Shown here: positions 44,994 to 52,213 of the stretch, in pieces
How positions within the stretch are numbered: position 1 is the first letter of the stretch
Layout of the letters: every line of letters begins with the position of its first letter
Source of the DNA: Candidatus Woesearchaeota archaeon
Lineage (GTDB): Archaea; Nanobdellota; Nanobdellia; Pacearchaeales; GW2011-AR1
Assembly (NCBI GenBank): GCA_964592915.1
Contig: CAZQGH010000001.1
Coordinates: forward strand, 10,544-62,756
Reading direction: 5' to 3'
DNA length: 52,213 bases
The notes under the pieces: generated by a model
What the model was told of the DNA's origin: nothing
What the model saw: only the letters and a program-made list of their open reading frames with translations
Databases searched by the model: none
Made by a program: the position numbers and the translations under genes

Positions 44994-46234
44994 GCATAAC
45001 AGAAATAGAAAACAACATAGAAAAACAGGAAGAACTGGCAAAAGAGTTGTATCAATTAACCAAATCAAGAACAACCAAAAAAAATAAAAAACAAGTGGAA
45101 GTATTAAAAAAACAAATCAGACACATTAATAATTCTCTTCCTCATTTGATTAATGAAATTTCTATTTTGCAGGAAAAAAAGAAACCAAAAAATTTAGTGA
45201 AAGTAAGTTATGATAGGAAGAAAAAAAGAGATACAGTAGTTTTGCATAAAAAAGACCATAAAAAATACATCAGAAATATAAAAAAAGAAAAGCAGTTGCA
45301 AAAAAAAGATGATAATTTTAGGAAACCCAGTGTAATTGCTAAGATTTCCAGCAAATTATTTTTTGAGGTTTCGAATAAAATTTCTAAAAACAAAATTTTC
45401 AAAAAACTTAATTTAGATTTAAGAAAAGCAAATATCAGATTTTTATTAAACACTTACATATCAATAATGCTTTTCTTTACATTAATTAGTTTTTTTGCTG
45501 CCTGCATTTTATTTGCAATCCTGTTGTTTTATAAATTTTCAGTATTTTTTCCTTTTTTTGTTAATACAGATGAATCAATATTATTACGAGCAGGAAAAAG
45601 TTTCTGGGTTATTTTTGTTATTCCTATTACAACATTTTTATTATTTTATATTTATCCTGGAAGCGAGGCAAAATCAATTGGCAAGAAAATTGATCAGGAA
45701 TTGCCATTTGTAACCATTAATATGTCCGCAGTTGCTTCAAGCAATATTGAGCCTACCAGCATTTTCCAGATTGTTGTCAAAGCTGGAAAAGAATATCCCT
45801 ACACAAGTAGCGAGTTTAAGAAAATTATCAATTACACCAGCATTTATGGTTATGATTTAGTTACAGCTTTGAAAAACACATCAAAGACAACTCCGAGTGA
45901 CAATTTAAAAGATTTATTAGATGGTTTGGCAAATGCAATTTCTACTGGAACCAGAATAACAACATTTTTAGACAAAAGATCTGAAAGCCTGTTGTTCAAT
46001 TATAAATTAGAAAGAGAGAGATATACCAAAGTAGCTGAAACATTTATGAATATTTATATATCAGCTGTAATTGCCGCACCATTAGTGCTAATGTTAACTT
46101 TTTTCCTTATGAGTTTGGGTGGATTGGGAATTGGATTGGGTTTAAATACAATCAGTTTGTTGATTGTCTTAGTAGTTGTTTTAATTAACATTGGATTCCT
46201 TACATTCCTTCATTTCAAACAGCCAAAATACTAA
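44990..46234 (+). CDS. FlaJ/TadB-like platform membrane protein (T2SSF domain) with long basic N-terminal extension
   Basis: About 140 aa of Lys-rich coiled coil, then TM helices flanking a T2SSF-like soluble domain (LPFVTINMSAVASSNIEP...GYDLVTALKN). Confidence 0.7.
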   Translation: MSITEIENNIEKQEELAKELYQLTKSRTTKKNKKQVEVLKKQIRHINNSLPHLINEISILQEKKKPKNLVKVSYDRKKKRDTVVLHKKDHKKYIRNIKKEKQLQKKDDNFRKPSVIAKISSKLFFEVSNKISKNKIFKKLNLDLRKANIRFLLNTYISIMLFFTLISFFAACILFAILLFYKFSVFFPFFVNTDESILLRAGKSFWVIFVIPITTFLLFYIYPGSEAKSIGKKIDQELPFVTINMSAVASSNIEPTSIFQIVVKAGKEYPYTSSEFKKIINYTSIYGYDLVTALKNTSKTTPSDNLKDLLDGLANAISTGTRITTFLDKRSESLLFNYKLERERYTKVAETFMNIYISAVIAAPLVLMLTFFLMSLGGLGIGLGLNTISLLIVLVVVLINIGFLTFLHFKQPKY

Positions 46235-46235
46235 A

Positions 46236-47084
46236 ATGTTATTGAAAAAAAAATCAGGTTTCAGCAAAGTAAAGTTAATGGGAATTATTTTTGCATTAAT
46301 CGTTTTAATTCTTGATTTTATATTTTTAAGGGGTAATGACATATTTTATTTTGTTTTGGGAATGGCTTTTGTCATCGGTGTTTTGCCCTTTATAATCGGT
46401 ATAAGTTTGGAAGCTGCAAAAGAAAAAGAAAAAGAAGAAATGTTTTTAGAATTTTCAAGAGATTTGGTGGAAGGAGTAAAATCCGGAACTCCTATTAGCA
46501 AGAGCATATTAAATGTTAAAGGAAAAGCTTACGGAGCTTTATCTCCTCATGTGAAAAAAATTGCGAATCAGATTGCATTAGGCATTCCAGTTAGGGAAGC
46601 GTTAGATACTTTTGCAAAAGATGTTGAAAACAATACCATCAGCAGGAGCATAAGCTTAATCAAAGAAGCTGAAAGAACAGGGGGAAATATTGAAGACATA
46701 TTAGAGTCTGTTGCCAGTTCAATATCCACAATTGAAAAACTTAAAAAAGAAAGGGCTTCAGCGATTTATGGTTTGATTGTTCAGGGATATATTATTTATT
46801 TAATATTTATCATAATCATATTAATAATGCAGTTCAAGATTTTGCCTATGACTGTTGGCATAACTGATTTGGGGGGGATTGGGGACATAGGAATCTCAAC
46901 AACTTCGTTGTTAGCTGAAGATTTGTCAACTCCTTTTTTATATTTGTTAATTGCTCAGGGATTTTTTGCAGGATTAGTTATTGGTAAAATTGCACAAGGA
47001 AGTTTAAAGTCAGGATTAAAACACTCAGCTATATTGATTATAATATCTATATTAATATCAACAGGAGCGCGTATATTCATATGA
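46236..47084 (+). CDS. FlaJ/TadC-like platform membrane protein (second T2SSF domain)
   Basis: FSRDLVEGVKSGTPISKSI...GIPVREALDTFAKDVENNTISRSISLIKEAERTGGNIEDIL. The start is taken at the internal ATG 46236. Confidence 0.75.
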   Translation: MLLKKKSGFSKVKLMGIIFALIVLILDFIFLRGNDIFYFVLGMAFVIGVLPFIIGISLEAAKEKEKEEMFLEFSRDLVEGVKSGTPISKSILNVKGKAYGALSPHVKKIANQIALGIPVREALDTFAKDVENNTISRSISLIKEAERTGGNIEDILESVASSISTIEKLKKERASAIYGLIVQGYIIYLIFIIIILIMQFKILPMTVGITDLGGIGDIGISTTSLLAEDLSTPFLYLLIAQGFFAGLVIGKIAQGSLKSGLKHSAILIIISILISTGARIFI

Positions 47085-47782
47085 TAAGAAAAAAAGCAAT
47101 AAGTCATGTTGAAGTCATGGTTTCATTTTTAATTTTTATAGTCTTTTTAATATTTTTATTAAGTTATCTTAATCCTTTTCAAAAATCCGGCATTGAAGAA
47201 GGATTAGTGAGTTTGTTAGAAAGAGAGTTAATAAGCAATTCTCAAATTGAAGTTTTAACTTCTACATTAATAATAAACAAAACCTATCCTTTATCCGGGA
47301 TAAACTGCTTTATAGTTGAACAAATTTCACAGAATCCTGTTACTGTGAAAAATACTAAAGGTGAAATTGCAAATGCAACAAATACCGATGCCTTGTATAT
47401 TGAGGAAAAAGGAAGATTATACAATATATTTTCATCTCCAGTTTTTAAGGAAAATAAATTAGATTATTATTCCTGTGCTTCTTTAGATTCGGGCTCATAT
47501 AACTTTGGGGTTACAAAAAAGGAGAGTTTTGTATTTCTTGATAATGTGAACGAAATAGCTGAAGAATATGAGCAAGATTATGATTATTTAAAGCAAGAAT
47601 TAAATTTTCCGGGAAAAAATGATTTTAGCTTTAGTTTGAAAACTTTAAATAATACTGAATTAGTAGCTGTAACCAGAAATGAGCCAATTGGAGTTGGAAT
47701 TGTAGCCAGAGATATTAATGTGGGATTGATTGACAAGCAAGGAAATATTTATTCGGCTATATTAAATATAAAAGTTTGGTGA
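47081..47782 (+). CDS. pilin-like protein with Glu at +5
   Basis: MIRKKA/ISHVEVMVSFLIFIVFLIFLL, with an ATGA overlap to the upstream gene. Confidence 0.6.
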   Translation: MIRKKAISHVEVMVSFLIFIVFLIFLLSYLNPFQKSGIEEGLVSLLERELISNSQIEVLTSTLIINKTYPLSGINCFIVEQISQNPVTVKNTKGEIANATNTDALYIEEKGRLYNIFSSPVFKENKLDYYSCASLDSGSYNFGVTKKESFVFLDNVNEIAEEYEQDYDYLKQELNFPGKNDFSFSLKTLNNTELVAVTRNEPIGVGIVARDINVGLIDKQGNIYSAILNIKVW

Positions 47783-47797
47783 TTGGAAAAATAGAAG

Positions 47798-48199
47798 ATG
47801 AAAAATAAAAAAGCGTGGATAAGAATTGTTGAATCTGTTCTAGCTATTATGATATTGTCTACATTTCTATTTATCATTGCCAATAAGCAGAGAGGAGATG
47901 TTGTTGATATGGGAGATTATATGTATAATCTTGAAAAAACCATATTAAGAGAAATTGAAAAAAACGAAACATTAAGAAAAGCTGTGATTGAAGAAAGAAA
48001 AAATGAAATTGAACAATATATTGATTCCAGATTGCCTGATATATTTAATTTTACAATCAGGCTTTGCCCTGTAAATGATGTTTGCGGTATGGGTTTTTAT
48101 GTTGAGAACAGGGATATTTATGCTAATTCTGTTTTAATTTCGTCAACTTTAGAACAGTATGAACCTAAACAATTAAAATTATTTGTGTGGGAAAAATGA
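47798..48199 (+). CDS. pilin-like protein
   Basis: MKNKKAWIRIVESVLAIMILSTFLFII. Confidence 0.6.
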   Translation: MKNKKAWIRIVESVLAIMILSTFLFIIANKQRGDVVDMGDYMYNLEKTILREIEKNETLRKAVIEERKNEIEQYIDSRLPDIFNFTIRLCPVNDVCGMGFYVENRDIYANSVLISSTLEQYEPKQLKLFVWEK

Positions 48200-48627
48200 A
48201 GTTTAAGTTTTTAGAACATACTGCTGATGTGAAATTTAAAGCATTTGGAAAAACAATTGAAGATGCCTTTGTTAATGCTGGTTATGCATTAAAAGAAACC
48301 ATTGTTAATGACATGAAAATTAAAGAAAAACAAAAAAAGAAAATAAAAGTTGATGGGATAGATAAGCAATCATTATTGCAGCAATTTTTAGAGGAATTTT
48401 TATATTTGCTGGATGCTGAAGATTTTATTTTATCTGAAATAAAATCAATAAAAATAAAAGGAAATAATAATGGTAAACAGAATAAATTTGGATTAGAAGC
48501 TGAGATTGCAGGAGACAAAGCATCAGATTATAATTTTACAAATGGTGTAAAAGCTGTAACATATAATGAGATGGAAGTAAAACATACAAAACAGGGCTGG
48601 CAGGTTCAGGTTGTTCTGGATGTTTGA
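48196..48627 (+). CDS. archease
   Basis: MKFKFLEHTADVKFKAFG...VKAVTYNEMEV...WQVQVVLDV. Its ATG forms an ATGA overlap with the stop of the last pilin-like gene. Confidence 0.85.
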   Translation: MKFKFLEHTADVKFKAFGKTIEDAFVNAGYALKETIVNDMKIKEKQKKKIKVDGIDKQSLLQQFLEEFLYLLDAEDFILSEIKSIKIKGNNNGKQNKFGLEAEIAGDKASDYNFTNGVKAVTYNEMEVKHTKQGWQVQVVLDV

Positions 48628-48966
48628 CTAAAATCCTTCTTCACCTAAATTCCTTAAAACATATTTAATTTCATTGATGGCTTTCTGCTGAGATTTTTTA
48701 TTAGACATTCTTACAAATTTGATTAGCAAATCCTGCAATTCACTTGCATTTAATAATTTTAATTTAAAACCCTCTGTAATAAAATAAAATCTAAATGATT
48801 TATATTTTAATTCTTTAATTATAATTTTTCCTATCTGGCATATCAGTTTGCCTTTTTTTGGATTATCTTTCAAAGAATACATTAATTCAAATATCTCAAT
48901 AGATTCTTTTTTGAACTTTTTGTTTATTTTTTCCTCAAGCTCTTTTGTAATTATTACTTTTGCCAT
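48628..48966 (-). CDS. HigB/RelE (Gp49-like) toxin, intact paralog
   Basis: KELKYKSFRFYFITEGFKLKLL...LLIKFVRMSNKKSQQKAINEI. Its stop directly abuts the archease stop. Confidence 0.65.
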   Translation of the reverse strand: MAKVIITKELEEKINKKFKKESIEIFELMYSLKDNPKKGKLICQIGKIIIKELKYKSFRFYFITEGFKLKLLNASELQDLLIKFVRMSNKKSQQKAINEIKYVLRNLGEEGF

Positions 48967-49160
48967 TTTTTCTTGGCTTCTGATAGCGCTTCTTCTATAG
49001 GAATTGTATCTTTTTCGTCCATAAGTAGATCTTGTAGCTGTCTTTCTTTAGCACTTTTCAGTAATCTTTCAAGTATCTCTGAGTAAGATTCTCCTTTATT
49101 TCCGAATTCTTTTAGCTCTTCTTGAAGTTTTTTAGGTAAAGCTATAGTGGTTGTTTCCAT
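48954..49160 (-). CDS. RHH-like antitoxin
   Basis: Paralog of 14683-14895. It overlaps the toxin start by 13 nt, and AT-rich palindromes lie upstream. Confidence 0.65.
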   Translation of the reverse strand: METTTIALPKKLQEELKEFGNKGESYSEILERLLKSAKERQLQDLLMDEKDTIPIEEALSEAKKKWQK

Positions 49161-49265
49161 TTTTATATTACTTATTTTTATTATAATCTCTATAATTATT
49201 ATAAAAATTATAATATATAAATGTTTCGATTTGCTTATTTACTAAAAATATAATCAAAAAACCCT

Positions 49266-49441
49266 GTGTTGCTACATGTCAGAAATCTTTTATGGATTTC
49301 TGAGCACTATCAAAGTTTATAAAACTTTGAAGCTTAAAAGTGTTGGTTTGTTAGGGTTTTTAGAATATTCAGGAATGCTCATCCAACTCCTTTAGGAATT
49401 GGTTTTCGCAATGCATTCCGGATATCATAAACTATTTAAAC
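49266..49441. promoter_or_regulatory. rtcB upstream region: copy of the 36.3-kb element split by a ~109-bp structured insert
   Basis: 49266-49283 and 49393-49441 align with 36269-36334. The insert (49284-49392) carries hairpins tcagaaatc/gatttctga and caaagttt/aaactttg. A 9-bp pairing, aaaaaccct (49267-49275) with agggttttt (49363-49371), encloses both hairpins. Confidence 0.65.
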
Positions 49442-49476
49442 AAAATTTTCTTGTTTTATATATAAGGGAAAATAAA

Positions 49477-50898
49477 ATGGTTGAAATTAAAAAAATAAAT
49501 GAGTATGAATGGGAAATTCCCAAAACTGGAAAAATGAAAGTGCCAGTCAGGATTTTCGCATCTGAAAAACTTCTTGATAAGATGAAAGAAGATGAGACAT
49601 TCAAACAGGCTATGGATGTGGCTAAATTAAAAGGTATTCAAAAAGCAAGTTATGTGATGCCTGATGGACACATGGGCTATGGTTTCAGTATTGGTGGAGT
49701 TGCTGCAATGAACTTAGAAAATGGAGTTATAAGCCCAGGAGGAATCGGTTTTGATATTAATTGCGGGATTAGAATATTAACAACTAATCTTACTAAGAAA
49801 CAGATATTGAGCAAGAAGAAAGATATGATTCATCAGATATCAAGAGATGTTCCTAAGGGGATTGGGAAAGGAAGTGTTGTTAAATTAGATAAAAATGAGA
49901 TTAAAGAAATATTGGAAACAGGAGCAAAATGGGCTGTTAAAAATGGATATGGCAGAAAAGAGGATTTGGAGAGAACAGAGGATTATGGGTGTTTAGAAGG
50001 AGCAAACGCAGAAGATGTGAGTGAAAGAGCAATTGCAAGAGGATTACCCCAATTAGGAAGTTTAGGTTCTGGGAATCACTTTTTAGAAATACAGGAAGTT
50101 GATGAAATTTATGATAAAGAGATAGCTAAAAAATTTGGGATAACAGAAAAAGGACAAATCACAATAGGGATTCATTGTGGTTCAAGAGGTTTAGGACATC
50201 AGGTTGCTTCTGACTATATCAAACTTATAGAAGAGAAGTATGGATGGAAGGATTTACCAGACAGGGAACTGATAAATGCCCCAATTAATTCTGATTTGGG
50301 ACAGAAGTATTTGTCTGCAATGAGATGTGCTGCAAATTTTGCATACTGCAACAGGCAGATGATTATGGAGTGGACAAGAAAAGCTGTAAAAATATTTTTT
50401 CCTGAAGCTAAATTAGATTTAATCTATGATGTTTGCCATAATATTGCTAAAATTGAAGAGCATACTGTTGATGGAAAAGAAAAAGAAGTTCTGATAATGA
50501 GAAAAGGTGCAACCCGTTCATTTGGACCTGGAAGAAAGGAATTGCCTTCTATATATAAAGAAACAGGACAGCCAGTACTATTACCAGGAACAATGGGAAC
50601 AGCTTCTTATATTTTAGTCGGAACAGAGGAATCTGAAGAATTATCATTTTCAAGTACTGCTCATGGAGCAGGAAGGGTTATGTCAAGACATGCTGCAATG
50701 AGAACTCAGAGATTAGAGGATGTTAAAAAAGAATTGCAGGAAAAAGGAATTGATGTTGAAGCTGGAAGCTGGAAAGGTTTGGTAGAAGAAGCTCCTTCTG
50801 TTTACAAAGATATAGATGAAGTTGTTAGAGTTTCAGACAAGTTAGGTATTGGTAGGTTAGTTGCCAAACTCAAGCCTATAGCTGTAATGAAAGGGTAA
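49477..50898 (+). CDS. rtcB: RNA 3'-phosphate ligase RtcB
   Basis: [47 protein letters not shown] and HGAGR. The start is taken at MVEIKK; the track's 26-aa N-terminal extension is rejected. Confidence 0.95.
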   Translation: MVEIKKINEYEWEIPKTGKMKVPVRIFASEKLLDKMKEDETFKQAMDVAKLKGIQKASYVMPDGHMGYGFSIGGVAAMNLENGVISPGGIGFDINCGIRILTTNLTKKQILSKKKDMIHQISRDVPKGIGKGSVVKLDKNEIKEILETGAKWAVKNGYGRKEDLERTEDYGCLEGANAEDVSERAIARGLPQLGSLGSGNHFLEIQEVDEIYDKEIAKKFGITEKGQITIGIHCGSRGLGHQVASDYIKLIEEKYGWKDLPDRELINAPINSDLGQKYLSAMRCAANFAYCNRQMIMEWTRKAVKIFFPEAKLDLIYDVCHNIAKIEEHTVDGKEKEVLIMRKGATRSFGPGRKELPSIYKETGQPVLLPGTMGTASYILVGTEESEELSFSSTAHGAGRVMSRHAAMRTQRLEDVKKELQEKGIDVEAGSWKGLVEEAPSVYKDIDEVVRVSDKLGIGRLVAKLKPIAVMKG

Positions 50899-50929
50899 TA
50901 TTTATAAGTTAAATTCTCTTGATTTATTT

Positions 50930-52213
50930 ATGAAAAAAAGAGGAATTTTGGTAATAGTTGGTATTTTATTTCTGTTAATCATGTTTTCTTCAAACATAAA
51001 AGCTTCTTGCGATTCTTTATCTCCTGAGCAAGACTGGGGAGGTGAAGCAACTAAAGGACAGTGTAAGGATTGGTGCAACCAGGGATTGTGCGGATTTAAG
51101 GAACCAGATATTTATATTACAATGAATGAAAATTCAATACAGGTTAACAAAAATACGAAAATCAATGGAGACAGAATTTTTGTTGAAAAAATAAGAATAT
51201 TTTTCGACGATGACGGGACTGACGGGCCTATTGATGTTTATAGCTATGATAATGATGATGAAACTTTAATTTCTGGAGATTATTATTTTGAAAAGGATAA
51301 AGCAGACAAATGCAACGGAGCTATAAATGATGAGATTAAAAAAAATAGAGAGTGCTACTGGGAGATTGATGTGAATGAGTATTTAACAGGAATAAAACTG
51401 GGTGTTGAATCAAAAGTCAATCTGGATTTTTTCGGATTGTTTTACAAAGAAGGATGTGTTGATTTGGATAATGACGGGTATGATGATGAAAATTGTGGCG
51501 GAAATGACTGCAATGATAATAATCCTGATATTAACCCAGGAGAAGAAGAAATTCCTTATGACGGTTTGGACAATAATTGTGATGGTTTGGATTTGGCTGA
51601 TATAGATGGAGATGGGTATTGCAAAGAAGGATATGTAATCCAAAATAAAGAATTGCAATGCCTAAAAGAAGAAGGGAGCATAGGAACTGACTGCAATGAT
51701 AATAACAATGAAATTAATCCTGGAGCTGAAGAATTATGCGATGGGATTGATAATGATTGCGACGGAATAATCGACGAAGGATGTTTTGCAATTTCTGATG
51801 CTTTTTGGGCAAATATGAAAGAAAGCCCTATTGCAAATGCAGATTTAGATGATAAAGTTAAACTAGTAGTTCCTGGTGAAGGATTGGAAGGAATGAATAT
51901 TGAATATGAGATTTGGAAAGATGTAAAATGGTGGTTTGATTCTAAGGAAGCTCAGATAGATTCGAAAGGTTATGCAGTTTGGAGAGCAAATGAATCTGGG
52001 GGATATTATTTTAAAGCGAGAATAGAAGGTGGGGAATGGTTAGAATCTGGCTTATTGAATATATCATCCTTATCAAATAACCAAAAACCTTCAGCAATCA
52101 TAACAAAGCCTCAGAACAAAGAAATGTTCAAAATTGGAGAAGCAATTCAGTTTGAACATGACTCCTATGATTTGGATGATGATATCAGTGTTGAATGGGA
52201 TTTTGGAGATGGT
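50930..52213 (+). CDS. secreted protein with MopE-like Cys/Asp metal-binding repeats and the start of a PKD-like domain (partial, runs off the window)
   Basis: Open frame of 428 codons from ATG 50930 with no stop. It has a signal peptide, [57 protein letters not shown] and a terminal WDFGDG. Confidence 0.75.
   Translation, partial: MKKRGILVIVGILFLLIMFSSNIKASCDSLSPEQDWGGEATKGQCKDWCNQGLCGFKEPDIYITMNENSIQVNKNTKINGDRIFVEKIRIFFDDDGTDGPIDVYSYDNDDETLISGDYYFEKDKADKCNGAINDEIKKNRECYWEIDVNEYLTGIKLGVESKVNLDFFGLFYKEGCVDLDNDGYDDENCGGNDCNDNNPDINPGEEEIPYDGLDNNCDGLDLADIDGDGYCKEGYVIQNKELQCLKEEGSIGTDCNDNNNEINPGAEELCDGIDNDCDGIIDEGCFAISDAFWANMKESPIANADLDDKVKLVVPGEGLEGMNIEYEIWKDVKWWFDSKEAQIDSKGYAVWRANESGGYYFKARIEGGEWLESGLLNISSLSNNQKPSAIITKPQNKEMFKIGEAIQFEHDSYDLDDDISVEWDFGDG

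Noticed and set aside
1876-45713. Antisense or embedded track ORFs (e.g. 1876-2058, 2213-2401, 4870-5103, 5655-5990, 7295-7531, 10460-10672, 11513-11785, 25551-25778, 26702-27048, 29371-29892, 30294-30656, 31457-32185, 32943-33146, 33895-34080, 35248-35511, 37255-37461, 37795-38022, 39160-39390, 39786-40001, 42718-42963, 44379-44765, 45208-45713)
   Set aside because: Each overlaps a longer ORF with recognisable motifs or coherent operon context, and their products look like AT-rich shadow-frame sequence.
49399-49476. 26-aa N-terminal extension of RtcB in the track ORF
   Set aside because: It starts on a non-ATG codon inside the conserved upstream element. The RtcB homology begins at [16 protein letters not shown] (ATG 49477).
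51402-51658. Track ORFs 51402-51605(+) and 51410-51658(-)
   Set aside because: Both lie inside the long open frame 50930-52213, which has clear signal peptide and domain motifs.

Overview
The window is strongly AT-rich and densely coding, and looks archaeal, probably a small-genome DPANN-type lineage (inference). Evidence for that: BRE/TATA-like promoters (aAAGATTTAAAwa) about 25 nt upstream of many starts, archaeal class III signal peptide pilins, an archease plus RtcB pair, and an SRP (7S) RNA. No rRNA, tRNA or CRISPR array was recognised.

Layout:
- 0.4-6.1 kb: metallophosphoesterase and large secreted or anchored surface proteins.
- 6.1 kb and 37.5 kb: two nearly identical SRP RNA genes, promoter included, in direct orientation exactly 31,355 bp apart.
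- 6.4-37.5 kb (between them): accessory-type content. This includes many toxin-antitoxin modules (three MNT/HEPN pairs plus a fused NTase gene, RelE-type, HigB-like, MazEF, HicBA), small membrane proteins, polytopic GT-C-like proteins and a five-gene glycosylation operon (27-32.4 kb).
- 19.2-25.9 kb: the most unusual segment. Ten short gene units (0.4-0.9 kb, mostly TA pairs) are separated by same-strand G-rich junction repeats built around G(G/A)GTTAGTTT(TATA). Some junctions contain one of two conserved-arm, variable-loop hairpin families, plus G-quadruplex-capable tracts. This looks like a cassette array, but no recombinase is present in the window.
- 40.7-48.2 kb: a type IV pilus-like operon (seven pilin-like genes, a FlaI/VirB11-type ATPase, a split FlaJ/TadBC-like platform), translationally coupled to archease.
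- 48.6-49.2 kb: a TA pair inserted between archease and rtcB.

Five otherwise intact genes are interrupted, three by a single in-frame TAA and two by a homopolymer frameshift. All function calls rest on motif recognition by eye. No database search was run.
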